NCBI GenBank assembly: GCA_963718565.1
Contig: OY970364.1
Coordinates: 320,001-384,000 of the forward strand
Length of the DNA stretch: 64,000 nucleotides
Reading direction: 5' to 3'
Source of the DNA: an uncultured Verrucomicrobiae bacterium
GTDB taxonomy: Bacteria; Chlamydiota; Chlamydiia; Chlamydiales; Rhabdochlamydiaceae
Below, piece by piece: positions 53,010-64,000 of this stretch (its first letter is position 1; every line of letters begins with the position of its first letter). The notes beneath the pieces were generated by a model. The model did not search any database. It was not told the origin of the DNA and saw only the letters and a program-made list of their open reading frames with translations. The position numbers and the translations under genes were made by a program.

Positions 53010-54809
53010 ATGCAGACGAGAACAAAAATTATTTGTACGATCGGGCCCTCCGTTGGAACTTATGAAAAAATTGTACAGCTCATCCATGCGGGAATGAATG
53101 TCGCCAGGCTTAATTTCAGCCATGGGACGCAAGACGATCATCTGAAAACAATCGAGATGTTAAAAAAAGCCCGCGAAGAAAAGAAAGTTCCTCTAGCGAT
53201 TATGCTCGATACGAAAGGTCCAGAGATCCGAATTGGCAAAGTTAAAAATGATCAGTTTCCAGTCACAGCAGGCCAGCATCTGCTCCTCGTGAAAGAGGAG
53301 GTCTTGGGCGATGAGAATAAAATCCAAGTGACTCCTCCTATCGTCATCGACTCTTTGGACGTGGGCACGCGGGTGCTCATCGATGATGGTTACATCATCA
53401 CCCATGTTATCGAAAAACGCAAAGACGGGGTCGTTGTAGAAGTCGAAAACCCCGGCTGGATTAAGGACCATAAAGGGATCAATGTTCTAGGGGTCGATAT
53501 TGCTCTGCCTGCAATGACCCCGCAAGATATCTCAGATATCGCATTTGGCTGTAAACACGATATCGATATCATTGCGGCATCTTTTATCCGGTCCCCGGAT
53601 CACGTTCTCGAAATCAAAAGCCTTCTTGTTCAACAAAAAAAATCAGAAATTATCGTCATCTCAAAAATAGAAAACAGTTTAGGAGTTCAGAATTTTGAGG
53701 GGATTCTCCAAGTTTCCGATGGGATCATGGTCGCAAGAGGGGATTTAGGAGTAGAGTTGCCTCTGAAAGAAGTTCCCAAGCTGCAAAAAATGATGATCCG
53801 CAGGTGTTACCAAGCGGGGAAGCCTGTGATTACAGCGACACAGATGCTTGAGTCGATGATTAAAAATCCACGTCCAACGCGCGCTGAGGTTTCCGATGTC
53901 GCCAATGCGATCTACGACAGCACTTCCGCAGTGATGCTCTCAGGGGAAACAGCTGTAGGTCAATATCCTATCGAGACTGTGCAAATGATGAAGAGCATTG
54001 TTGAAGAAGCGGAAAAGGACTTCAATTATCGCGATTTTTTTAATCGCGACTCGCGGATCGATTTCAATGATGTCTCTAATTCTGTCGCGTTAGCCTCTGT
54101 CCGAACTGCCTATAGTGCCCAGGCCAAAGGGATCTTTTGTTTTACCGATAGCGGGTTTACAGCAAGAGTTGTCTCGCGCTTTCGTCCTGAAATGCCTATT
54201 GTTGTTTTAACTCCCCACCGTAAAATTTATCACCAGATGGCCTTGAATTGGGGAGTGATTCCTGTAGATCCTACGCCGGCCAAAAATGTTCAGGAGGCTG
54301 TCACCATTACGAGCTGTTTTGCCTTAAAGCAAGGAATCGTGCGCTATGGCGACCTCGTGGTCATTACTGCTGGGGCCCCTTTTGGCATTAGCGGGACGAC
54401 CAACATGATGCTCGTAGAAAGTATCGGCGATGTCCTTGTACGTGGACACTCGCGACCCGGCCGCAGAATTCATGGAAAGGTGACTTTGTTGCATGCGTCC
54501 GATGAAAAACGCCATGACGAGATGCGCGATAGGATTATCGTAATCTCGCGCTGTAACGATTCTTATCTTCCTTTGTTAAAGCATGCCTTAGGGATTGTTT
54601 TGCAAAACCACCCTGAAGACATCGCTTCAGAGGAATTTGCTCTTCAAGTGGCAAAAATGCTCGATATCCCGATTCTTACCCGTGCTGATGGAGCGATGAC
54701 CCTTCTCACTAATGGGCAAATCGTGACCTTGGATCCCCTCAAGGGGATTGTCTATAAAGGATCCATCACTAACGATGAGGAGATGATCCCCACGATTTGC
54801 TCGCCATAA
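53010..54809 (+). CDS. pyk: Pyruvate kinase with a C-terminal extension (PEP-utiliser swivel-like)
   Basis: RTKIICTIGP, ARLNFSHG, DTKGPEIR, MVARGDLG, ATQMLESM, MLSGETA. Confidence 0.97.
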   Translation: MQTRTKIICTIGPSVGTYEKIVQLIHAGMNVARLNFSHGTQDDHLKTIEMLKKAREEKKVPLAIMLDTKGPEIRIGKVKNDQFPVTAGQHLLLVKEEVLGDENKIQVTPPIVIDSLDVGTRVLIDDGYIITHVIEKRKDGVVVEVENPGWIKDHKGINVLGVDIALPAMTPQDISDIAFGCKHDIDIIAASFIRSPDHVLEIKSLLVQQKKSEIIVISKIENSLGVQNFEGILQVSDGIMVARGDLGVELPLKEVPKLQKMMIRRCYQAGKPVITATQMLESMIKNPRPTRAEVSDVANAIYDSTSAVMLSGETAVGQYPIETVQMMKSIVEEAEKDFNYRDFFNRDSRIDFNDVSNSVALASVRTAYSAQAKGIFCFTDSGFTARVVSRFRPEMPIVVLTPHRKIYHQMALNWGVIPVDPTPAKNVQEAVTITSCFALKQGIVRYGDLVVITAGAPFGISGTTNMMLVESIGDVLVRGHSRPGRRIHGKVTLLHASDEKRHDEMRDRIIVISRCNDSYLPLLKHALGIVLQNHPEDIASEEFALQVAKMLDIPILTRADGAMTLLTNGQIVTLDPLKGIVYKGSITNDEEMIPTICSP

Positions 54810-55531
54810 TTATAGAGAAGAGAAACAAGAGGCAAAAGCATCCGAAATTTTAAAAGTCGGCTTGCTCACATTCATTCTCGATATCAGGGGGATTTGCTTC
54901 GTCGTTAAAATCATTATTGATCGCTCTCTGAATCCGATCAAGAGATTCAGCCGGGAGCAATTTCTGGTAATCATTGCACCAATGATTTAGTAATTGGAAA
55001 TTCATGTCATCCTTCTGAACGGATAACGCAATCTGAAAAATATTCCCACTTAAGCTATCAAAGAATGATGGAGGTAAAGCGAGTTTTTCCATTTCCTTTT
55101 TGGGTTGTCCAGTAGTGCTGTCGTAATATGTTTCACAGTACGTTGTAAGACGGCCCAAAGCAACGTAGTTAAAGATTGACCTGATCTCTTTAACCACATC
55201 ATCAGTAATAAGATTGTTATTTGAAAGGAATGACATCATTCCTGCAAAAACAAGAGTTGTTTTTGCAGATTCATAAGAACAATTTCCGACCACGGCATAA
55301 GGGAGCAGCATTTTAATCATATTGTCCAGATCACCGTTTGTGATTTCTTGTTTTTCTCCAGAAGGGTTTAGAATCTTCGGTAGTTCCTCATAAAAAAACT
55401 CAGATGCGATTGAAATTTCATCTTGTTTTTGAATACAGGCCATTAACTTTTGTGTCATCAATTTGGGATCAATTTTAAATATTTTTAAAGTGCCAAACTT
55501 GCTAGCTTTCTGTCCAGTATTCCCTATCATC
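54711..55531. repeat. ~820-bp segmental duplication; second copy is 58148-58299 + 62029-62698, split by IS3b
   Basis: The pyk 3' end, the intergenic spacer and the 3' part of the hypothetical gene are repeated with about 5 substitutions. Confidence 0.9.
54850..55530 (-). pseudogene. 5'-truncated copy of the hypothetical gene at 61992-63017
   Basis: Nearly identical protein. Identity stops abruptly at 55531. Retains the native C-terminus EQADF*. Confidence 0.7.
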
Positions 55532-56039
55532 GCAATGAAATTTGTTGCTTACATTCTTGCTGTAACCATGATTAAAATTCCATGATAGCCAATTAGAGGA
55601 TTCTTTAAAAAATTGAAAGACATCATCAAGAAAGTCTTTATATTCTAGTTGTTCAGGATGATAGTTACAAGTAGTGCCTGTGGGGATTATAGTTATCATA
55701 GTATGCCTATTTTATATTGCTTTATAGATGAATTATATAATAATTCTTAATTATTATAAACATTTTTTTATTTGAGGGTATAGAAATGAATAAATGACTG
55801 ATTATCAACATCTTATTGCTTCTAAGAGGCGCTTGCTTTCTTTATAATAAGTCTCTTATTCTCATAAACTAAGGTTGTTTCTGAAACATAATTAAAATAA
55901 ATAAAAAATTCTTAAATTTATATTTGTTTTTTTCATATAATCACAGATATATTTAAAAAACTGATTTATAAAATAATATATTTTTAGTAATAAAATTTTA
56001 TGATTTCTTTAAATAATACCCAAGATTTCGAAAAGTATT

Positions 56040-56252
56040 ATGGATGGAATGTTGTCTCTCAAACACCTAGTTCAGCAAAATGGAAATACTTATTATGAAA
56101 TCGAGTTTCAGAGCCCTTGGGGATATGGGAATTGTGTCATGGAAAGCCAGCAAAGTGTAGAAGAGTATCTCATTTCTCTTATAGAAAAGAGTAAGCCAAT
56201 CGAAGAGCTCTATCAATTAGCAGTTGTAATAAATCCCGAGTTTGACACCTGA
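56040..56252 (+). pseudogene. Small hypothetical ORF truncated by IS1634
   Basis: Follows a very AT-rich region. The last codons and stop come from the IS end at 56235. Confidence 0.4.
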
Positions 56253-58147
56253 AGGCTATTTTTGAGACTATTTTGTCTATGAGAGACACCTCAAAAAAGC
56301 GAAAAACGTAGTGTACACATGGTTGCAAATTTTCAAATGAAAATTTGCAAAAAATGAAATGTACATGGTATGCAATATGTCATGTTTATCAGAACCACTA
56401 CCAATAGAAAAGGATAGAGCTACTACCATCTCGTAGAATCTTACCGGGATCAAGGTAGGGTGAAGCAGCGTATTTTGTTGTCTCTGGGTAAAGTGGGAGA
56501 AGATCGACTCGATGATCTCATATCAGCTATCGGCCGGCATAAAGATGTGCTCACCGCTCTGGATGCAGCTAAGTCCTTGGAGATCGAGGACACCTATATT
56601 CTGGGACCATTACTGATACTACAGCACATTTTTGCTCGTTTTGGCATCCAGCCGCTTCTCGCAAAGATTGCCGCACAGCATCCTCAACTGCAGTTCGATT
56701 TCGAACGCATTGTCTTTACTATGATCGTATGTCGTTTTCTTGAGCCGGGTTCGAAATTGAAGATTTTCGAGCATTGGCAAGACAAATTATACCCAGAAAT
56801 CCTTTCCGGCAAGGATGAGCTGCATCACCTTTATCGGACCCTGGATTTGCTTAGTCAGCATCAAGAACAAATCGAGCTCGATTTATACTGGCATGACCGT
56901 GACCTTTTGAATATATCTGTTGACGTGGTGCTCTACGATCTCACCACGTTGCGATTTGAGAGCACCAGAGAGAATCTTGGGGAATTATGTCGCTTTGGAT
57001 ATTCCAAAGAGATGCGCAGTGACTGCACACAAGTTGTGCTGGGTTTGCTTGTGAATACCGACGGCATTCCTCTGGGATTTGAAGTCTACCCTGAGAATAC
57101 GTTTGAAGGAGCCACTCTCGTTGATATCGTCAAGCGCATGCGCGAGAAATTCAAAATACGGCGCTTTATTTTCGTGGCCGATCGCGGACTTTTTTCCGCA
57201 AAAAATTTAGAGCATATCCGCGCCCACTGCGGGAATGAAGAAAAAGGTGAATTCATTGTCGGGATGAAATTAGGAGTGATTAAGCAGCGTCATGATGAGT
57301 TTTACGATCGCAGCCGTTTTACAAAAATGAATGATGAATTGGAATGCTATGAAACCACTCATAAAGAAGATCGTTGCATTATCACATGGTCAAAAAAACG
57401 CGCTGAGCGCGATAGAGAGACCCGAGAAGATATTTTGTCAAAGATCAGGAAGAAATTAACCAAAAAGCCCACTCCGAAAAATTTTGTATCCAACACAAAC
57501 TATCGCAAATACGTGACGGGGTTAAAAAGAGGGGAACCCAAACTTGACGAAGCTGTGATTGCCAGAGAATCACGGAAAGATGGATTTTTTGGGCTGATTA
57601 CCAACGTTCCTGTCGATCGAATGAGTTCGGCCGACATTATCATGGCTTACAAGCATTTGTGGATAGTGGAAGATGCATTCGGTGAAATTAAGGGAACACT
57701 CAGGGCTCGCCCGGTGCATCACTGGACAGATCAACGCATTAAGGGGCATCTCACCCTGTGTTTTTTAGCCTATTTTTGCGAAGCACAAATGACTAAATTA
57801 CTTCGCGAAAAGGGTGTTATTCTGGAGAACATTGCGATTCAAGAAGGAACAATTAAAGCACGCCCTTTGACTGTAGTTGAGGCAATGAGAGAGTTGGCGG
57901 AAGTTCGGGCAATTCCGGTGACAGTAAAAAATACTTGCGTCTGGGTACGTAACGATATCAAGGGAAATGCTGCGCAGCTGTTTAAAGCAATTGGGGCTCC
58001 AATCCCTCCAAAATTGCTGAAGTGTGCAGAGAGGCATGCCTGAAGAAAAACGCATCGATTGCACACAAATGTAGTGGTACACGGGATTTTATTTTTTGTA
58101 ACATGTTGATTTTAGAGCTGTTATAAAAATCAGGTGTCAAACTCGGG
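56235..58147 (+). mobile_element. IS1634-family element a; transposase has a premature stop
   Basis: Perfect 18-bp IRs CCCGAGTTTGACACCTGA. Transposase 56382-58043 (MFIRTTTNRKG*SYYHLVES; LYDLTT, FGYSKE, FVADRG, VEDAF, RPVHHW) with TAG at 56415-17. Confidence 0.9.
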
Positions 58148-58411
58148 AATGGGCAAATCGTGACCTTGGATCCCCTCAAGGGGATTGTCTATAAAGGATC
58201 CATCACTAACGATGAGGAGATGATCCCCACGATTTGCTCGCCATAATTATAGAGAAGAGAAACAAGAGGCAAAAGCATCCGAAATTTTAAAAGTCGGCTT
58301 GCGCTGCCGACAAAAAGTTGGACAGAAAATCGAGGGGAATAAGTAACTCTCTGTGTTAAGTCTTTCTCTATAAGCCATTCTGCAGCTCATATTCGCTGCA
58401 TATTATTCTAA

Positions 58412-60478
58412 CCCAAGTTCGCCCGAGAGAGCTGACCTAAGTCCCTCATAATCAACAACATTAAAATCAACCTTTGCTTTCGTAAGTCCCTTATTTTTAG
58501 TGCTTTGCTGTTTTTGCGAATTTGTAGTGACTGAAAATTTGTAAAATAATTATTTCATGTTTAAATAAATTCGATCCATCGGTAAGATCTGAGGGCATGT
58601 ATATAAGGAAAACCCTCAAGACAGACCGTAAGAGCGGAAAAACCTACTCTGCTTTTCACTTGGTTGAATCCGTGAGGACTGATAGAGGCCCGCGCCAACG
58701 CGCGCTTCTATACATGGGAGCCGAAATCAACCTCCCAGAAGAACAGCATGCACTTCTCGCTCAATGCATTGAAGATATTCTTACAAGTGCGCAATCGTTA
58801 TTCGCTTATCCAGAAGAGATTCAAAAGCTAGCCCAATCTTACACCTCGCAGATTGTGCGTCGTTTGTCCGACCCAGGAGACAACGCGGAACAACTAAAAC
58901 AAGATCTACTACCTGAATTTGTCAATATCGACGTTCATTCAATTGAACAGACTGAACCACGGTCTGTTGGTGCGGAACATCTCTTACTTCAGATGGGAAA
59001 TCAACTCAAACTGCCGGAACAGCTGCAAAAACTAGGCCTTTCAAAAACAGATGCCGCAATTGCCTTGGGATCGATCGTTGCCAGGGCTGTACACCCAAGC
59101 AGCGAAAGGGAAGCTTATCGGTGGCTATGCACTAGCAGTGGTCTTGGCGAATTACTTGATTTCGACTTTACAAAAACTACTTTGCACAAGCTCTATAAAA
59201 TCAGCGATACGTTGCTGTCTCATAAAGACGGGTTGGAAACAGCTTTAGAAACCATCGAACAGCAATTTCATGGATACAAAAGTACAATAGCTCTCTACGA
59301 TTTAACCAATACGTATACAGAAGGGCGGGCTGAGGCAAATCCAAAAGCTGCCTATGGTCTTTCGAAAGAAAAACGAAATGATTGCCCTCTCATTACTATA
59401 GGGCTAGTCATGAATGAGCACGGATTTCTCATCAAAACCTCATTACTTGCAGGAAATGCTTCAGAGCCCCAAACCCTACAAACAATGATCGCGAGCCTAA
59501 GTATTCACTCGTCTCTAATCAAGCCAACTATTGTATTGGATGCAGGGATTGCTACCGAAGAGAATCTGACCTGGTTACGCAAGAATAGATATACGTATGT
59601 TGTCTCAGCAAGACAAGATCCTCCCGTTGTTGAATTTGAAGGACAATTAGTCTCAGTAGGTGATCAGCATGACCTAGTAAAAGCTGCCTTGATCAGTCAG
59701 GATGGTAATGAGGAAAATTGGCTCTATTGCGAATCTGAAGCAAAAGCAGCGGTCGCCTCAGGGATGAAGAAAAAATTTAGAAAACGATTTGAAGATGATC
59801 TACAAAAACTTGCGAATGGTCTTTCCAAACCTAAAGGGCGCAAGAAGCATAACAAAGTGCTTGAACGGGTAGGTCGGCTCAAGGAAAAGCATAAGAGAAT
59901 TTCAGGATGCTATGAAGTCAATGCAATTCCTTCAGAAGATGGGCTCACCACAATTGCTGTGGAATGGAAGGTGATCGAAGAAAAAATGCAAGAAAAGCTC
60001 ACTGGCTCCTATTTTCTGAGAACAAATCGAACCGATTTGGAAGCAAAAGAGTTATGGCAATTGTATAATGTTCTCAGAAGCGTTGAGGATGCGTTTCGAT
60101 TTATGAAATCCTCATTAGGATTGCGTCCAGTCTATCACCAGAAGGAACATCGAGTGGACGGGCATTTATGGATCACCATACTTGCCTACCATCTAATCCA
60201 ACACTGCAGGCACCAATTAATTCGAAAAGGGATAAACTATTTGTGGCAGACAATACGTAATATCATGATTACTCGAGTCCGAGTAACTGTGCGGGCCAAG
60301 ACAACAGAAGGCAGGGTGCTCTACCACCGCAGCACTACAAAGGCAGAAGGCGAGCAAATAGAGATTTACAGGGCGCTGGGATTATCGTCTTCAATTCTCA
60401 GAGGTCATAAAACACTCGTTTAATTCAAGATGTAGTGACGAATTTGCATAGCTCCTCTGGGAAAGCCGCGAACTTGGG
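58412..60478 (+). mobile_element. IS1634-family element b with an intact transposase
   Basis: IRs CCCAAGTTCGC / GCGAACTTGGG. 4-bp TSD CTAA. Confidence 0.92.
58597..60423 (+). CDS. IS1634-family transposase
   Basis: HLVESVR, LYDLTNTY, YGLSKEKR, VLDAGI, VEDAFRFMKSSLGLRPVYHQ. Confidence 0.93.
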   Translation: MYIRKTLKTDRKSGKTYSAFHLVESVRTDRGPRQRALLYMGAEINLPEEQHALLAQCIEDILTSAQSLFAYPEEIQKLAQSYTSQIVRRLSDPGDNAEQLKQDLLPEFVNIDVHSIEQTEPRSVGAEHLLLQMGNQLKLPEQLQKLGLSKTDAAIALGSIVARAVHPSSEREAYRWLCTSSGLGELLDFDFTKTTLHKLYKISDTLLSHKDGLETALETIEQQFHGYKSTIALYDLTNTYTEGRAEANPKAAYGLSKEKRNDCPLITIGLVMNEHGFLIKTSLLAGNASEPQTLQTMIASLSIHSSLIKPTIVLDAGIATEENLTWLRKNRYTYVVSARQDPPVVEFEGQLVSVGDQHDLVKAALISQDGNEENWLYCESEAKAAVASGMKKKFRKRFEDDLQKLANGLSKPKGRKKHNKVLERVGRLKEKHKRISGCYEVNAIPSEDGLTTIAVEWKVIEEKMQEKLTGSYFLRTNRTDLEAKELWQLYNVLRSVEDAFRFMKSSLGLRPVYHQKEHRVDGHLWITILAYHLIQHCRHQLIRKGINYLWQTIRNIMITRVRVTVRAKTTEGRVLYHRSTTKAEGEQIEIYRALGLSSSILRGHKTLV

Positions 60479-61991
60479 CTAAGGTTATATTTCCTACAAT
60501 CTCTTTTTTTCTTTTCTTCTTTTTTCTCCAGTGAGAACTTTCCTGTTTTCGGGGGTGCGGGGGCGAAGCCCCGACCCTCCTCTTATTCTGAAAAACAGAC
60601 CTTATAATGCCCAAACTGAGGTGGATGGGGTAGGGGCCCCATCCGCCGAAGGCGGGAGCAGGGGGGACGGTAGTCCCCCGACAAGCCTTTCCCAAATAAG
60701 CCGGACAGGCCTCTTGAAAAGCCCTCGGAATGCTTGGCATATACGTACACAAACGTTCTTGGATTTTCAACTTTCATTTTTTTGCTTTTTTGACTTCGAA
60801 TCCTTTGTACTCTCCTTTTGAATATTTGGGTTTGATTCCATGATAAATTTCATTGGGTGTCGCATACAATAAGGCCTGATGCGGTCTACTGCAATTGAAA
60901 TGCTCGATATACTCATCAACCCCAGCACGCAGTGCTCTTACTGTTTCATAACGATGTAAATATATTTTTTCGTATTTCAGAGACCACCAACCTCTCTCTT
61001 GATAGACGTTGTCAATGCACCTGCCCTTGCCGTCCATGCTGATCTTGATACCCCGTTGCCGCAATAATTCTAGAAACGCGGTGCTTGTAAATTGAGACCC
61101 TTGATCCGTGTTAAAATATTCTGGACACGTTTTCTGTAAGGCTATTTCTAGTGCTGCAAGACAAAAATCCACAGTTATAGTGTTCGAGAGCTCCTGAGCA
61201 AGCACGTATCTGCTAAACCAATCGGTCACTGTAATCAGATAGACAAAACCGTTAGCCAATGGGAGAAATGTTATATCGGCACTGAAAACCTGGTTAGGAG
61301 TTCCAATCCACAAACCATTTAATAAATAGGGATAGTGCGGGTGTGATGCGGAGGGTTTGCTGAGGTTTTTTCTGGGAAGAACAGATAAAAACCCCATTTT
61401 TCTCCATAACCTCTCAATCCTTTTTTCATTCACGTTAAATCCCTCACGCCTTAAATCGGCATGTATTTTTCTATAACCATATTCGGGTTGCGCATAATGC
61501 AATTCTTCTATTTTCTGCATAAGAGCAAGGGTTTCCTCTGACTCTACTATAGGAGCATAGTAATAACTAGATCGAGGGAGGCCCAACGCTTCACATTGAG
61601 CCTCGACAGATAACATGGGATGTTCAGGTTCAATCAACCTGCGTTTCTCAAGAGTTGTCAACCCCGGTTTTTTTTTTCAAAAATTCGAGCTGAGACTGAA
61701 GCCTGCCTATTTGGGCATAAAGCGCCTCAATGTCTATATCTGGGGCCGATTTTTTTTTACGCCTATCTTCAAACAGCCGCGAGATGCCTTGAACTGCTTG
61801 ACTTTTCCATTTGGTGATTTGTGCTGGATGTATTTTGAATTGTTGGGCCAAGTCTGATAGTGTCTTGTCTTCCTTTAATGCCTCAAGCGCTACCCTGCCT
61901 TTAAAACTGGCTTGGTGCGAGATTCGTTTAGCCATAATGTTTTTCTCCTTTTTGTTTTTTTAGAGAAAAACTTTACACTCGATTTAATTTC

Positions 61992-63017
61992 TTATTCCAG
62001 TGTCCAGTTTTTGGGGGGCAGCGCAGCTTGCTCACATTCATTCTCGATATCAGGGGGATTTGCTCCGTCGTTAAAATCATTATTGATCGCTCTCTGAATC
62101 CAATCAAGAGATTCAGCCGGGAGCAATTTCTGGTAATCATTGCACCAATGATTTAGTAATTGGAAATTCATGTCATCCTTCTGAACGGATAACGCAATCT
62201 GAAAAATATTCCCACTTAAGCTATCAAAGAATGATGGAGGTAAAGCGAGTTTTTCCATTTCCTTTTTGGGTTGTCCAGTAGTGCTGTCGTAATATGTTTC
62301 ACAGTACGTTGTAAGACGGCCCAAAGCAACGTAGTTAAAGATTGACCTGATCTCTTTAACCACATCATCAGTAATAAGATTGTTATTTGAAAGGAATGAC
62401 ATCATTCCTGCAAAAACAAGAGTTGTTTTTGCAGATTCATAAGAACAATTTCCGACCACGGCATAAGGGAGCAGCGTTTTAATCATATTGTCCAGATCAC
62501 CGTTTGTGATTTCTTGTTTTTCTCCAGAAGGGTTTAGAATCTTCGGTAGTTCCTCATAAAAAAACTCAGATGCGATTGAAATTTCATCTTGTTTTTGAAT
62601 ACAGGCCATTAACTTTTGTGTCATCAATTTGGGATCAATTTTAAATATTTTTAAAGTGCCAAACTTGTTAGCTTTCTCTCCAGTATTCCCTATCATCATA
62701 TATCCATTGTAAAATCCTACGGCAATGGCATGGGCGGAACGAGTATAATCGTCACGATAGCTGAACCATCCTGTCGATATAAATCCATATCCTCCATTTT
62801 GGATAGAAGTGAGATTTTGAGAAGATTTTTTTTGATCAGAAACAATTGTTATCGCATCGACGAACTCTTTTTGTTGGCTCTTAGAGAAAACTTTACTAAT
62901 AGATGAAGAGTAGAACTTTTGAATGGATTTGGATAAAAGCTTGAACATGTAGGGAGCCTTTGCACCTTTTAGTTTGACTGTAACCTTGGATATTTTATAA
63001 TCACCATCCAGGGCCAT
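61992..63017 (-). CDS. Hypothetical effector-like protein (possible His/Cys protease fold); both termini IS-derived
   Basis: GW...HAIAVGF...GNTG...GNCSYESAK. Starts with MAL from the ISAs1 IR; ends ALPPKNWTLE* inside IS3b. Confidence 0.55.
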   Translation of the reverse strand: MALDGDYKISKVTVKLKGAKAPYMFKLLSKSIQKFYSSSISKVFSKSQQKEFVDAITIVSDQKKSSQNLTSIQNGGYGFISTGWFSYRDDYTRSAHAIAVGFYNGYMMIGNTGEKANKFGTLKIFKIDPKLMTQKLMACIQKQDEISIASEFFYEELPKILNPSGEKQEITNGDLDNMIKTLLPYAVVGNCSYESAKTTLVFAGMMSFLSNNNLITDDVVKEIRSIFNYVALGRLTTYCETYYDSTTGQPKKEMEKLALPPSFFDSLSGNIFQIALSVQKDDMNFQLLNHWCNDYQKLLPAESLDWIQRAINNDFNDGANPPDIENECEQAALPPKNWTLE

Positions 63018-64000
63018 TTAACTAAAAATTTTTGATACCAGATCAGCTAAGATGGCATAATAAATTCCTCAAATTTGGAGGACCTATTATGTCACGCCGT
63101 AAGCCAATCGACGCCACAATCCTAGAAGCTAGTAAGAATTTTGATGCCCGTGTATTCGCGGAAACCGTCAAGGGAGAGTTTGCAGATTTCCCTGATTATC
63201 GACGTAATCAAAAACGTGTCTTATATCCAGTTTGGTATTTGACTCTTGTTATTCTCTGCGGATTCTTTTGTGGATGCAATACGATTGAGGAAATCGCTGA
63301 ATATGTTTCTCTGCAGGAGGAGTGGTTTTCTTCTCTGCTAGGTGAGGAGCTCTCAGCACCTTCCCATGGAGCGCTCTGGTGGTTTTTAGTGAAAACACCC
63401 CCTGGTGCGCTCAAGCACTACTTGCAAAAATGGTTCAGCAAAATTCCTGCTTCATTGCGCGATCAGCTATTGGCGATCGATGGTAAACGGATGAAAGGCG
63501 CAAATTTCCTAGGCGGTGTCACACACGTAGTGGAGCTATTCGCAGCGGAGGATCGATTATGTCTTGCCGTGGAAAAGGTCCCAAATAAAACAGTCGAAAA
63601 GAGCACGTTACCAATCATTTTGGAGCAAGTGAATGTAGAGGGGGCGATTATTTCAGGAGATGCACATTTCACCGTAGCCGAATCGGCAGAACAAATCGTT
63701 GATGCGAAGGCAGATTATCTGCTGGCTGTTAAGGACAACCAGCCAACGCTGTGCGCTGAAATGGAGAATTTTTTTGATCAAGCTCACGCAGTCGAATGGG
63801 AGGAAGTCCCCCATTCGTTTCACCAGGAAGTAGATAAAGGCCATGGTCGAATCGACATTCGAGAAGTACGAGTCGTCGAGGACCTGGACTGGTTGCCAAA
63901 TGCGGGCAAATGGAAAAACTTAGTCTGTCTCATCGAAGTAAGGTCCACGAGGCAAAAACTTGGATCTACTGCCAATGAGGTATTTAGACGGCTATATATT
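63009..64000 (+). mobile_element. ISAs1-family insertion sequence, copy 2 (runs off the window)
   Basis: Identical by eye to 2703-3694. Transposase ATG at 63089. Confidence 0.95.

Larger units (their letters stand above)
58300..62025 (-). mobile_element. IS3-family type b, complete copy carrying an IS1634 insertion in its 3' tail
   Basis: 3-bp TSD GCT (58297-99, 62026-28). Length minus the insert is 1655 bp. orfA 61648-61935, orfB 60774-61661. Confidence 0.95.

Noticed and set aside
55502..55699. Possible native 5' part of the 54850-55530 gene
   Set aside because: It is out of frame and unrelated to the true upstream sequence seen in the second copy (62699-63008).
43300..62025. Composite transposon of inverted IS3b copies carrying uvrA-galE-pyk
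   Set aside because: Each copy has its own 3-bp TSD (CCG; GCT), so they are independent insertions.

Overview
Chromosomal segment of an environmental chlamydia (phylum Chlamydiota). The assignment is inferred from the chlamydial V-type ATPase operon E-(C-like)-A-B-D-I-K, the PknD-type kinase, the double-length UvrA and eukaryote-like effector candidates. Housekeeping genes: speE (partial), an ABC-2 exporter, tal, the V-ATPase operon, fumC, DAHP synthase, valS (frameshifted), pknD, trpS, uvrA, galE and pyk. Effector-like genes: OGFr-domain, F-box/WD40, U-box-like, an Inc-like protein, a putative His/Cys protease and an 842-aa protein with two HEPN-like repeats. The mobile-DNA load is very heavy: two IS3-family types (4 copies), ISAs1 x2, IS630, IS1634 x2, a decayed IS66-family element, and at least six families of MITE-like or palindromic intergenic repeats, several nested or chimeric. 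Most notable observations: the ISAs1 terminal repeats supply in-frame ATGs to both genes they interrupt; the tandem-HEPN effector candidate; two V-ATPase K subunits that differ at the ion-binding site; a chimeric ISAs1-type MITE carrying IS66 sequence; a Phe/Tyr-rich leader ORF before DAHP synthase; and an unannotated secreted Cys-rich micropeptide. I saw no CRISPR array, rRNA or tRNA. All family calls come from motif recognition by eye; no searches were run.
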